DNA of 64,000 nt from a virus (IMGVR_UViG_3300032240_001872:15750-79749); one strand, 5' to 3'. Shown: positions 50,178-58,703, counted from the first letter of the stretch. Numbers and translations are program-made. Notes: generated by a model not told the origin, from the letters alone.

Positions 50178-51375
50178 AATTAGTAGTTCTCATATACTCA
50201 ACAACACGACTAAACTTTTCACGTTCTAATTCCGAAAATTTATTTCTATGCATAAACTCTAAAGATATTTCCATATATCTAATAAAGTCTTCTTTGGGCA
50301 ATAGATTCATATCATATTGCAATGGTTCTTTTAGATAAGGTGTATCAAATCGTATGCGTTGTTTACGACTAAACCAACCATTATATTTCTTACGCCATTG
50401 TAAGATCTTAACTAACAATGAACTGAAGTTTGTAACAGTTAAAATATTAAATGTACACATGAATGTAATTGGCTGTTTTGTCTTGGTTAGGTATGTGTCT
50501 AGATTTTTTTCCCATACTGTTAAGTCTAATCCTGTACGTATATATTCAGCAGGAGTTCCCCACGTATCAATGCTGGTAAACAATTTAAAGTGTTTGATCT
50601 TACCTTCATCGAGTAGTGCATTAACTTTAGTAACCAATCGTTCCATTAGCACAGGCTTGACTCCAAGATTGCTGTTGATATTGATCTCTAGGTGTGGCTT
50701 TGGATTAACTGATAAATCGTCTAACAGTTTCCATGTGCTTTGTTGTAGCAATGGCTCGCCGCCGGTAATGCGTAAGATGTTTAGAGTCTTACTAACTTCT
50801 GGCCACCAGCGCCACCATGCTTCAACATATGGATTTGTTTCTTCTTCGTAGACAGTAAAGTAATCAATATCGTTACGATGATTCTTAACCATAGTGTAAG
50901 GACCAAAGTCTTTGATTTCTTTGTAGTATGCGGAACTATGTTTAGGATGGCAATATCCGCACTTGAAGTTACATTCGTTGCCAAAGCTGATCTCAATGTA
51001 CTCTGGATTTACAGGAGCTAGAGGATTGGTCTTGATAGCTTCAAGGCGTTCTTCTGTGTAAATGCTGGCATTGCGTTCATGCCTATCACTAATATGTTCG
51101 CCTGGTAATGCTTCTATGTTCCAACAGTACTGACAGCCACTAGGCTTTTTGCCGTCTAGCATCTGTTGTCGCTCTAGTGTCTTTTGTGGAGTGTTATGTA
51201 ATGTGCTAGGATCTGCTAAGTCTAAAGGAATAGCATGCGGTCTAGGATGATAGCAACTATGCGTTTGTCCAGACTGCAGATATATTGTAGTGTGATGCCA
51301 TTTAGCCAAACAAAAAGTAGAACTTATTTCGTTGACTATTGGGATTACTTTATGGATGCGACTAATCTCGCTCAA
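50035..51375 (-). CDS. twitch-domain radical SAM protein
   Basis: Probable TTG start (LSEISRI); FCLAKW..HSCYH..CQYC; CNFKCGYC; TGGEP; INSN. Confidence 0.88.
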   Translation of the reverse strand: MSEISRIHKVIPIVNEISSTFCLAKWHHTTIYLQSGQTHSCYHPRPHAIPLDLADPSTLHNTPQKTLERQQMLDGKKPSGCQYCWNIEALPGEHISDRHERNASIYTEERLEAIKTNPLAPVNPEYIEISFGNECNFKCGYCHPKHSSAYYKEIKDFGPYTMVKNHRNDIDYFTVYEEETNPYVEAWWRWWPEVSKTLNILRITGGEPLLQQSTWKLLDDLSVNPKPHLEININSNLGVKPVLMERLVTKVNALLDEGKIKHFKLFTSIDTWGTPAEYIRTGLDLTVWEKNLDTYLTKTKQPITFMCTFNILTVTNFSSLLVKILQWRKKYNGWFSRKQRIRFDTPYLKEPLQYDMNLLPKEDFIRYMEISLEFMHRNKFSELEREKFSRVVEYMRTTNYDETKLIEGRRDFYNWFTEYDRRRGTDFLKTFPELEKFYHDCKSLSN

Positions 51376-52114
51376 TGTCGGCCTCACTACATTCTGTGCC
51401 ATATTGTATTTCTACAATGCGGCAAGGCACATCATAAGGATTGCTAAGTCTGTGCCATTCCTTTTTTGGAATATGATACGAATGATGTTCAATTAATTCT
51501 CGTGTTGGATAATGATATCTTGCATTGCTCATAGATTCTATCATACAACGGCCTTCCGCTACATGCCAATACTCTGCACGATGTTTGTGCCTTTGCATCG
51601 ATAATGCTTTTCCGGGTTCAATGGTAAGTTCTTTTACCTTTGTCCCAGCTACTTCATGTAGTACACGATAGTAACCCCACGGACGTTCTGTCTTAGGAGC
51701 TTTCCAATCATCTAATATCCAACTAGAACTATTTGCTTTAGTGTCTCCACCTACACCAAACTTAAACACAACATCAGAGACTAACATTTCCGGAATGTTA
51801 TTTGCTGTACGATCGCCGCCATTGGCAAAAATAATAGTATCGTTAGGATATAGTTGCTTTACGTTTTTAATTGCTTCAACTGATGATCCGTCGTCATCAT
51901 TGAACAATATAACACCATCTACCATTCGAAGATTTTGTAATATTGTTGTACGCTCAGTAATAGGCATAAAGGATCTGCCTTTCTTACGTGCCAACCAACT
52001 ATCGCTATTGAGCCCAACGATTAGCTTATCTCCTAACTCACGTGCAGAGTTGAAGTATGCAATATGCCCAGAGTGGATAGGGTCGAAACCCCCAGTAACT
52101 AACACTATTTTCAT
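51362..52114 (-). CDS. cytidylyltransferase-like domain fused to a mannose-6-phosphate isomerase-type cupin
   Basis: TGGFDPIHSGH, FANGGDR, KANSSS; TERPWGYY, LSMQRHKHRAEYW, WHRL, VEIQYG. Confidence 0.88.
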   Translation of the reverse strand: MKIVLVTGGFDPIHSGHIAYFNSARELGDKLIVGLNSDSWLARKKGRSFMPITERTTILQNLRMVDGVILFNDDDGSSVEAIKNVKQLYPNDTIIFANGGDRTANNIPEMLVSDVVFKFGVGGDTKANSSSWILDDWKAPKTERPWGYYRVLHEVAGTKVKELTIEPGKALSMQRHKHRAEYWHVAEGRCMIESMSNARYHYPTRELIEHHSYHIPKKEWHRLSNPYDVPCRIVEIQYGTECSEADIERD

Positions 52115-52143
52115 AGTAGTAATTATCTGAGGGTTCGTGCGGG

Positions 52144-52263
52144 TTAACGATCTTGTGGTTTTGGTATTGAATTGATCAAATGGATCATTAGCGTATGTAC
52201 TGCTTCACCTAATGTTTTAGGTACCCGAACTGCTTCCGCGAGGAAGGTATTATGTAAAACCAT
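52144..52263 (-). CDS. 39-aa small ORF (MVLHNTFLAEAVRVPKTLGEAVHTLMIHLINSIPKPQDR)
   Basis: Not in the ORF track; strong SD AAGGAG overlapping the upstream stop; fills the intergenic gap. Confidence 0.55.
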   Translation of the reverse strand: MVLHNTFLAEAVRVPKTLGEAVHTLMIHLINSIPKPQDR

Positions 52264-52273
52264 TGTGGTCTCC

Positions 52274-52525
52274 TTATTTGCCGCTATAGTCTTTGACTAT
52301 GCCGCCGTGACGCTCGCTTTGTCCCTTGGCTCCGGCTTTACCTCTTAGAGGTTTTCCGGAACCTTTCTTGCCCTGTTGGCCGCTACCATCTGTGTGGTCG
52401 CTGTCATGGGCAGTATACCCTAGGCTAACGCATTGGTTATAACGGACACGGCTCATACTGTGTCCACCTTTGCATTGGCTACGGGTTGGGTTTGCGATTT
52501 CTGATATGAATTCAATGGCTCTCAT
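52274..52525 (-). CDS. small basic G/K-rich protein, possibly a head-internal protein
   Basis: Start MRAIEFISE, 5 nt after TAAATA (52536-52531). Confidence 0.6.
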   Translation of the reverse strand: MRAIEFISEIANPTRSQCKGGHSMSRVRYNQCVSLGYTAHDSDHTDGSGQQGKKGSGKPLRGKAGAKGQSERHGGIVKDYSGK

Positions 52526-52526
52526 A

Positions 52527-53246
52527 TCAGTATTTATTGGTATTGCGCTCTTTATAAAAGATATGCCCACCAATCCTATTCACAGTTTCTTTACCATGCA
52601 CCCATGCAGGACGAATGCCTGTTGCGTGAAAGTATAAAGCATCTGCGTACTTTGATCTGAGGTCCTCATAATTCCCAGAATCACTTAACAACACCAAAGC
52701 AACACGCTGGCTTTCTACCCATCGTTCATCGTCACTCTTGGGGTTCTTAACAAACATGCAACGCCAGCTAAACTGACAGATGCTGATCTTAGACCATACT
52801 GTTTGTGTTTCTTTAATCGTACGGAAGTATTCCCGCTTTTCGATTATTTGATGTTTAGGAATGTCCTTAGTCAGTTTCTGATCAACAACACCACAAATGG
52901 TATTCCTGAATCTGCCATCGGTTGTACGATTAATCGTTACAAGACCAACAGCTACTTTACCTTCTTCGGGTTCATTGCCTGCTTCAAAGAATATGTTCCT
53001 TGCTAGGCAATCGAATTCCTTTATATTGATTACAGGGCTTAACATCGCCTTTGCGATTCCCTGCAACTTATCACTTGTCATATTATAAAAGTCCTGTGGA
53101 CCTGCTGACTGATAAGAATTACTTGCTACTTGGTATGCTTCGCCTTTTTGGAAAAAGTTCTGCTCTACCACTGTTTCTGCATGACCGGGTGCCATTACGG
53201 TCAGGGCGTATACTGCTACTAACACTAAAAATCGTGTTATTGACAT
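52527..53246 (-). CDS. cell wall hydrolase, SleB/Hydrolase_2 family
   Basis: N-terminal hydrophobic signal; CLARNIFFEA.NEP..GKVAV..VTINR, ICGVV, QFSW, ALYFHA, IGGHIFY; SD AGGAGG. Confidence 0.9.
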   Translation of the reverse strand: MSITRFLVLVAVYALTVMAPGHAETVVEQNFFQKGEAYQVASNSYQSAGPQDFYNMTSDKLQGIAKAMLSPVINIKEFDCLARNIFFEAGNEPEEGKVAVGLVTINRTTDGRFRNTICGVVDQKLTKDIPKHQIIEKREYFRTIKETQTVWSKISICQFSWRCMFVKNPKSDDERWVESQRVALVLLSDSGNYEDLRSKYADALYFHATGIRPAWVHGKETVNRIGGHIFYKERNTNKY

Positions 53247-53344
53247 AATCGTGTCCTCCTATTTTTGTATACTTCTACTGTCTATGTGTGTGAAATCCTT
53301 TACGGGTAAGTTTAGTTACATCTTTTTGTAATATCTGAACTAAA

Positions 53345-53374
53345 ATAGGGCAAAAAAGACTCATTTTGCCCTAT
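53345..53374 (-). terminator. intrinsic terminator
   Basis: 11-bp inverted repeat ATAGGGCAAAA/TTTTGCCCTAT followed by a T-run on the minus strand, just after the stop of 53387-53605. Confidence 0.7.
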
Positions 53375-53386
53375 AAACTAGGTATA

Positions 53387-53605
53387 TTACTCTTCAGAAG
53401 TGCTTGCTGTGTTCGTATCGTTGGTTTTGTAATTTCCACCGCCTTGCTGTGGCTTACGTGGTTCACGTTTTGGAACGATTGCCGCGGCCAGCTCTGCTTG
53501 GATCATGTCTCTCTTAAATGAGTTACGTGCCACTGGATCAGTAAACGTACACATGAATCGTTTGGTCTGTTTAGACATCTTGAATGTTTTGTTGGGTTTT
53601 AGCAT
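53387..53605 (-). CDS. small basic hypothetical protein
   Basis: 72 aa; SD AAGGA; has its own promoter and terminator. Confidence 0.7.
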   Translation of the reverse strand: MLKPNKTFKMSKQTKRFMCTFTDPVARNSFKRDMIQAELAAAIVPKREPRKPQQGGGNYKTNDTNTASTSEE

Positions 53606-53624
53606 AATAGTTCCTTATCTGTAT

Positions 53625-53653
53625 ATTATATTATCTTTCGTTGCGATTGTCAA
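53625..53653 (-). promoter_or_regulatory. consensus sigma70 promoter
   Basis: TTGACA-17-TATAAT on the minus strand. Confidence 0.8.
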
Positions 53654-54374
53654 ATGCGGTCTTGGTTTTATCATCCCACCAATATAAACTTCTATGTGGA
53701 GTACTTATAGGTGTCGAGTTACTGGCATAATAAAATAGACGTATGTTTTCTCGCTGTAGATCCTCTGGGCAATCTATAGGAGTAGGGTATCCATGTATCA
53801 GTCTTTCATCGTAGTCCCATATGATCAATCTATTGGGCATAGGATAAGTTTTAACTATACAATGTGTTCTCTCAAAGTCCCAGAACTCAAGAGCTCCATT
53901 CCACTCTTCTTTCCAAACAGGATTAAGATAAAGAATAGCACTACATGATCTATTCAAGTGCAGTTGCTCATTCCAATTAAAATCTGTGTGTAGGTTTAAA
54001 AAATGTCCTTTCTTACAAGTCGATAATCCTGCACCTACTAATTTAGGATCGCTTATAATTCTGTCTTTGCCTGTGAGGGTTTCTAACCAATCTAAAAATA
54101 CTCCGCTGTTAAAACAATGTGTCAATGTCTGCAACACCGATGCACCCGCTAGATTCTTGCACTCCTGCATTAGGCTACCTTTACGTGTGAAGTTGGTCCA
54201 TTGTTCTTTGGGTATTGTAGCAATTTCCTGTTGTGCTTCTGCAAATACATCGTGAGGCAAGAAATCATCTATGACCAAATAGGGCACAGGTTCCTTCTGC
54301 AGGTAATCTATCTTATACTCTTTGGGATTGTACTTGAGATGCAGATTGTTGAAGTAATTGTAGAGTCTGTTCAT
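53631..54374 (-). CDS. 2OG-Fe(II) oxygenase (prolyl-hydroxylase-like)
   Basis: VIDDFL, LNLHTDFN, ILYLNPVWKEEWNGALEFW, NRL, IHGYP, R..IRLFYY. Confidence 0.85.
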   Translation of the reverse strand: MNRLYNYFNNLHLKYNPKEYKIDYLQKEPVPYLVIDDFLPHDVFAEAQQEIATIPKEQWTNFTRKGSLMQECKNLAGASVLQTLTHCFNSGVFLDWLETLTGKDRIISDPKLVGAGLSTCKKGHFLNLHTDFNWNEQLHLNRSCSAILYLNPVWKEEWNGALEFWDFERTHCIVKTYPMPNRLIIWDYDERLIHGYPTPIDCPEDLQRENIRLFYYASNSTPISTPHRSLYWWDDKTKTAFDNRNER

Positions 54375-55479
54375 GATAAGTTGGAATCTTTTCTTTGAGC
54401 GATTTTAGATGTTCTTTATTGTATTGCGCTATCGCTCTGCACATGGCCATGGTCATGGCATATTCAACTCGATCTAATTTGGTTAATCTTTCAAGTTCAT
54501 TGAGAATAGCTCGATGTCTCTGTTCGCTGTTCAAAATAGTGTCATAGCTTTCATCTATGTAAGGATGGAACGTTTTAAATCCCAAATCAGTTACTGCCTT
54601 AAGACAATTTGGGGGACCATATAAAATAAACGGTCTTTCACAGGCAATAGATTTAAAAGTCTTTTCAGTTAAAAATCTAGGCAACGTGTGTTTGTTATCC
54701 AAGAAATCAAAATGTGTTTCTATTGCTAGATTAACATCTGCTCGTTGTATTGCAGTAAATGTCGAATCATGGAACTTGTTGCTTACATCATTCAGTGTAT
54801 CTAGAGAATAGGGCACATTTTCTAACCAAGTTGACAATGGGTCATTTACAACGTCATAGCGCATTTTGCTGAGATCTTGTTTTAGTATTTCCATTGGTAT
54901 AACTTTAACCAGCCCATAGGGCTCAATATTATGGAACGTATAGACGAATTCGTCTAAGACTCCCTGCAATAATAAATCTGCAAAAAGTCGCAGGCGCCAA
55001 GGTTTATAGTTACGGCTAAGGCAACTGAACTTGTACATGGGATCAACAGTTTGTTCTGGAATCTTGGTATTGAATATACTTTGCCAACTTATACCAATGT
55101 TGATCTTAATTCCCAAAGGGTCTAGGTATGACTCCAGAAAGTCCTTGTGTTCTTGATCGCACACAACAACAATAATACGGTCTTGTGGTAGATTTCTCAA
55201 CTGTATTTGAATAGCTAAATCTCTACAAAATTCTTGATCAAACGTTTCATTTGAGTTCTCATACAGGAACAAGGTAGTTGGATCAGATTTGAAGTGGTCC
55301 CAATGTGGACTCTCCAAACAGTTACGCATTTTGATTTTGTGATTCAACAGATCATATATCTGATAGTGATAGATGATATTTGGCTCTGGTGTCCAATCTA
55401 ACAGTTTGTTAACGCTGTCAAAATTAAACCGGGTCTGCGGGGTTCTACCCGTTTTAGAATATATTTTTGGTAAACTCAT
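54313..55479 (-). CDS. GT-B-like protein (TEKTFK family)
   Basis: FSCLSRNYKPWR, AIETH, FLTEKTFKSI, GFKTFHPYIDESYD; TAAATA-N7-ATG upstream. Confidence 0.6.
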   Translation of the reverse strand: MSLPKIYSKTGRTPQTRFNFDSVNKLLDWTPEPNIIYHYQIYDLLNHKIKMRNCLESPHWDHFKSDPTTLFLYENSNETFDQEFCRDLAIQIQLRNLPQDRIIVVVCDQEHKDFLESYLDPLGIKINIGISWQSIFNTKIPEQTVDPMYKFSCLSRNYKPWRLRLFADLLLQGVLDEFVYTFHNIEPYGLVKVIPMEILKQDLSKMRYDVVNDPLSTWLENVPYSLDTLNDVSNKFHDSTFTAIQRADVNLAIETHFDFLDNKHTLPRFLTEKTFKSIACERPFILYGPPNCLKAVTDLGFKTFHPYIDESYDTILNSEQRHRAILNELERLTKLDRVEYAMTMAMCRAIAQYNKEHLKSLKEKIPTYHEQTLQLLQQSASQVQSQRV

Positions 55480-55481
55480 AC

Positions 55482-55535
55482 TTGACTATTTACGGATCAG
55501 AATGTATAATAGACAGTAATAGTGATACTTAAATA
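55482..55535 (+). promoter_or_regulatory. sigma70 promoter plus late promoter for 55541
   Basis: TTGACT(55482)-17-TATAAT(55505); TAAATA(55530)-N5-ATG. Confidence 0.65.
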
Positions 55536-55540
55536 AAATC

Positions 55541-56359
55541 ATGCAAACAATCGATCACACAACAAACCCAAATTTCAACACAGAATCCATACCGTCCGAG
55601 CAGACATTCAAAATCTCAGGCACCCCCCTGGAAGTAATCCAGGCCCTCGCTTATGTTAAAGCCCTAGGCGGTGGCCATGTTCGGATTGGTATGGGTCTCT
55701 TGTCGGCCAAGCATCAGTATTACCTTGGTCACCCAGCACCCCCAGAAATGGCAGGGCGCCTAAATGCAGAAGATTTGGAAATTATCCAGAGCCTGGCCCA
55801 GAACTGCGGTTATATCCGTAGCATTGAGCCATGGACTGGTGAGATTGTTGATTGGGACATGGACAAGATTGACTATACTATCGATATGGACAATCGCTTT
55901 AACCGTCACCCAATGGATCGCTTTGGCAAGGTCTGTAACGTACATTGGACACAATGGAATCAGATCAAGATGAAGAGCTGGTTAGATATTCCTGCTAACG
56001 TAGGACGACCAACGGGCAAGGGTATCGTTGTTACAGGTACAGGTTGGGAAGCACGTGATACATACCAAGCATGGGCTCAGCAGGGTCTAAGCAACATGAG
56101 CACCTACTTGGGCTCAGAAGCAGAATACAAAGAATGGGTAGCCGTAACAGGCATCAAAATGACACGTCAGGGCTACAAGCATGTAGCCGAATTAGCACAG
56201 TGGATCTCAGGTGCTCAACAAGTCATCTGCACTCCGGGTTGGGGTGCGGCCATAGCGCAAGCTATCAACCAACGCTATCTAGTTCAAAGCCTTCCTGGCC
56301 TAGAGCTGTGGCGTAACCCATGGGTATTAGGCGAACGTGGAAACAACGGACCATTCTAA
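55541..56359 (+). CDS. GT9 (heptosyltransferase)-like protein with divergent motifs
   Basis: SGT...ALAYVKALGGG; YLGSEAEY; ELAQWISGAQQVI. Confidence 0.45.
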   Translation: MQTIDHTTNPNFNTESIPSEQTFKISGTPLEVIQALAYVKALGGGHVRIGMGLLSAKHQYYLGHPAPPEMAGRLNAEDLEIIQSLAQNCGYIRSIEPWTGEIVDWDMDKIDYTIDMDNRFNRHPMDRFGKVCNVHWTQWNQIKMKSWLDIPANVGRPTGKGIVVTGTGWEARDTYQAWAQQGLSNMSTYLGSEAEYKEWVAVTGIKMTRQGYKHVAELAQWISGAQQVICTPGWGAAIAQAINQRYLVQSLPGLELWRNPWVLGERGNNGPF

Positions 56360-57044
56360 ACAACACGAACTCCTAGCAGAAGCTAGGGCAGTATTAACAC
56401 AACTACAGGCAGTACGCAAACGCATAGGGTCTAGCTCAGAATACTATGAGCTGGCCTACCCTGACATGTGGGTTATCTACAATACCCTATCAGGCAAGCA
56501 AGCAGAGAAGTACATTGAGGGTTGGGTAGCCCATCTACTCAAGGGTGCTAAACTGCAAAGCCAAGACATTCCAGAAGATCTGCGTGGCCACGACTACGGC
56601 GATATTTGGGTAGGCCCTACCAAGACCCTGGGCAAGACCAATGCCGAGCTCAAGGTTATTCTACGTGATGGGGGTAGCATTGGGGGCAAGCAGTTCCGCT
56701 TCTACGAGAACGTGCCCTACTATGTGTTCTTCAAAGCATGGAGCCCAGAAAGCTATGAGCTGTTTGTACTCAGCAAGCAAGAGCTGGTAGCCGAAATCAA
56801 ATACAGGGGCCGAAAGTATACCCAATTACGTGCATTTGGTGCAAGCCAAGGTACGGGTTGGATGACACGCACTACACCCTTAGAGAGCAAGCTGGCACGC
56901 CTAGATGAAAACCTCAGCAAGGCCAATAGAGACCTTATCACATGGGAATTCAATGCCCTAACTGAAACAGAGTACTATGAGCGTTTTCAACGGCTCTATA
57001 GCCTAACCCCCGCACAAGCTGTCGCTAAAATACAACAGCCATAG
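56337..57044 (+). CDS. hypothetical protein, possible PD-(D/E)xK nuclease
   Basis: E..GD-X-NAELK spacing (EKYIE...DYGDIW...NAELKV). Confidence 0.45.
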   Translation: METTDHSKQHELLAEARAVLTQLQAVRKRIGSSSEYYELAYPDMWVIYNTLSGKQAEKYIEGWVAHLLKGAKLQSQDIPEDLRGHDYGDIWVGPTKTLGKTNAELKVILRDGGSIGGKQFRFYENVPYYVFFKAWSPESYELFVLSKQELVAEIKYRGRKYTQLRAFGASQGTGWMTRTTPLESKLARLDENLSKANRDLITWEFNALTETEYYERFQRLYSLTPAQAVAKIQQP

Positions 57045-57046
57045 AG

Positions 57047-57075
57047 TTGACCTATATGGTAAATGACCATATACT
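57047..57075 (+). promoter_or_regulatory. sigma70 promoter with palindromic spacer
   Basis: TTGACC-17-TATACT; TATATGGT-N5-ACCATATA inverted repeat. Confidence 0.7.
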
Positions 57076-57112
57076 ATATCTAATGAACTAACACTTTGAA
57101 AGGGTGTATATT

Positions 57113-57493
57113 ATGAAGCGACCTAAATGTATCAATCCCGGGTGCGGTACTTTTGCAACGCCTAGCGCAGGACGAGTAGGAGAATACGGTGTACGTTATC
57201 GCATACATTGTTCACCTTGCCATAAGAACAGTTATGATCCTGATAACTACCCACTTAAAGAAGGCATCACACGCTATAAGAAACACATTTGTAGCAATAC
57301 CGACGGGCATCTTGGATTCCCGTGTGTGATCAATTGGAAACTGGCGCAGTCCGCAGGCCTTAAAGTTAAAACAGAAGTAGATCACAAGAATGGTGATCAT
57401 ACTGATGATAGGCCCAGTAATCTACAGGAACTATGCCAAAACTGTCACGGGGAAAAGGGCAAGCGTAGCGGCGACTATAACGGCTATCGTTAA
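57113..57493 (+). CDS. HNH endonuclease
   Basis: EVDHKNGDHTDDRPSNLQELCQNCH; N-terminal Cys pairs. Confidence 0.85.
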   Translation: MKRPKCINPGCGTFATPSAGRVGEYGVRYRIHCSPCHKNSYDPDNYPLKEGITRYKKHICSNTDGHLGFPCVINWKLAQSAGLKVKTEVDHKNGDHTDDRPSNLQELCQNCHGEKGKRSGDYNGYR

Positions 57494-58065
57494 TAAGTCC
57501 GTTCAAATACAGAGTAGCAACAGTCTGATTTAAAGCCCACTGGTGGCCCTGGGTAATGGGCTACTTCTTTGTAGCCCAAATTATGCATGGCATAGCGATA
57601 TACTTCCACCCCCAGCTGTATGCTTAACCCAGAATGTGGACGCTGGCTCTGAGCCTGTCCGGGACTATTGAGTTCTTCCTGTACACAACGAACAGTTGAC
57701 CCGGGTTCAGATTCCAACAAGATACGATTGGGCTTGAGATACATCACAATATCTTCCAACAGTCCCAAAGGACTACTGGTATGGGTCAGTGCCCCAAATA
57801 GGACCACACAGTCATAGCGTTCGGGGCTACGGATAGCATAGAGCCAATCACACTCTAACAAGCGTAGATTGGGCCAACGTGTTCTAAAGGCCACACAGGC
57901 TTCTGCATCCAATTCCACACCCGTATAGTGCGAACTCTGTGATGCTAAGAGCTCAGTGAAGAAACTGCCATTGTTAGGGCCCAACTCTAACACAGAGCCC
58001 CCTGCTATCCAAGGAAACATGCTCTTGGCTATGAGTTCTATGTTTGTGTGAATTGGTAAATCCAT
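57490..58065 (-). CDS. class I SAM-dependent methyltransferase
   Basis: Start MDLP; VLELGPNNG, GVELD, YDCVVLFGAL.H. Confidence 0.8.
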   Translation of the reverse strand: MDLPIHTNIELIAKSMFPWIAGGSVLELGPNNGSFFTELLASQSSHYTGVELDAEACVAFRTRWPNLRLLECDWLYAIRSPERYDCVVLFGALTHTSSPLGLLEDIVMYLKPNRILLESEPGSTVRCVQEELNSPGQAQSQRPHSGLSIQLGVEVYRYAMHNLGYKEVAHYPGPPVGFKSDCCYSVFERTY

Positions 58066-58136
58066 TGTCGTTATACCAGCAAATGAAGCCGCGAAGCGGT
58101 AGCGCAGAGCGCAAAAATTTTGGGGTAGATCATTTT

Positions 58137-58703
58137 TTAACGATAATCGGGGCCAACACACCATCCCACAAGGCTCCGGCGCACACCCTTAGAGACAGGA
58201 GTAATCCTATGTAGCATATAGCTAGGAAAACTTATTAGCGAGCCCTGCTCTAGATAAAAGCCACTCTCCCGTGCATAGTCCTGCCCATAGTTAATTTCTA
58301 GGCGTCCACCCTCGTAATCCTCAGGACTACTAAGCTGTAGAGTAAAACTCAGCTTGCGGCACAGTTCAGGACGACTAGGGTCAAATACAGCCGATCCCCA
58401 ATCTTGATGCCACTCATAATGCCCATTCTGCGAGCTATCGTATACAGAGTATTGCAGGGGCTGTATATAGTCTAGATCAAAAGCATAAAATTTCTTATTA
58501 TGCTCTTCCAGTATGGCCCACAGTTTGGTAAACAACCAGCCTTCCTGGGCGGAAGGCGACATCATGCAGACTTGTGAACTACGGCTCACGCCCGTGTAGT
58601 CACTAGATCCATCTACAAGATTCGCATCGCCCGTAGAGCATACGAGGTCAATTTCTTCGGGGGTAAAAGCTCCACGGGTAACTGCAAACTGACTACGATT
58701 CAT
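58137..58703 (-). CDS. 2OG-Fe(II) oxygenase (PKHD/P4H-like)
   Basis: YEWHQD, RKLSFTLQLS, YEGG, FPSYMLHRITPV..GVRRSLVGW. Confidence 0.9.
   Translation of the reverse strand: MNRSQFAVTRGAFTPEEIDLVCSTGDANLVDGSSDYTGVSRSSQVCMMSPSAQEGWLFTKLWAILEEHNKKFYAFDLDYIQPLQYSVYDSSQNGHYEWHQDWGSAVFDPSRPELCRKLSFTLQLSSPEDYEGGRLEINYGQDYARESGFYLEQGSLISFPSYMLHRITPVSKGVRRSLVGWCVGPDYR

Noticed and set aside
3008-52525. Classical RiPP cluster (S8 protease + SPASM enzymes + precursor)
   Set aside because: No clear leader/core precursor, PqqD/RRE domain or exporter; the protease is fused to a structural domain. Kept only as an alternative
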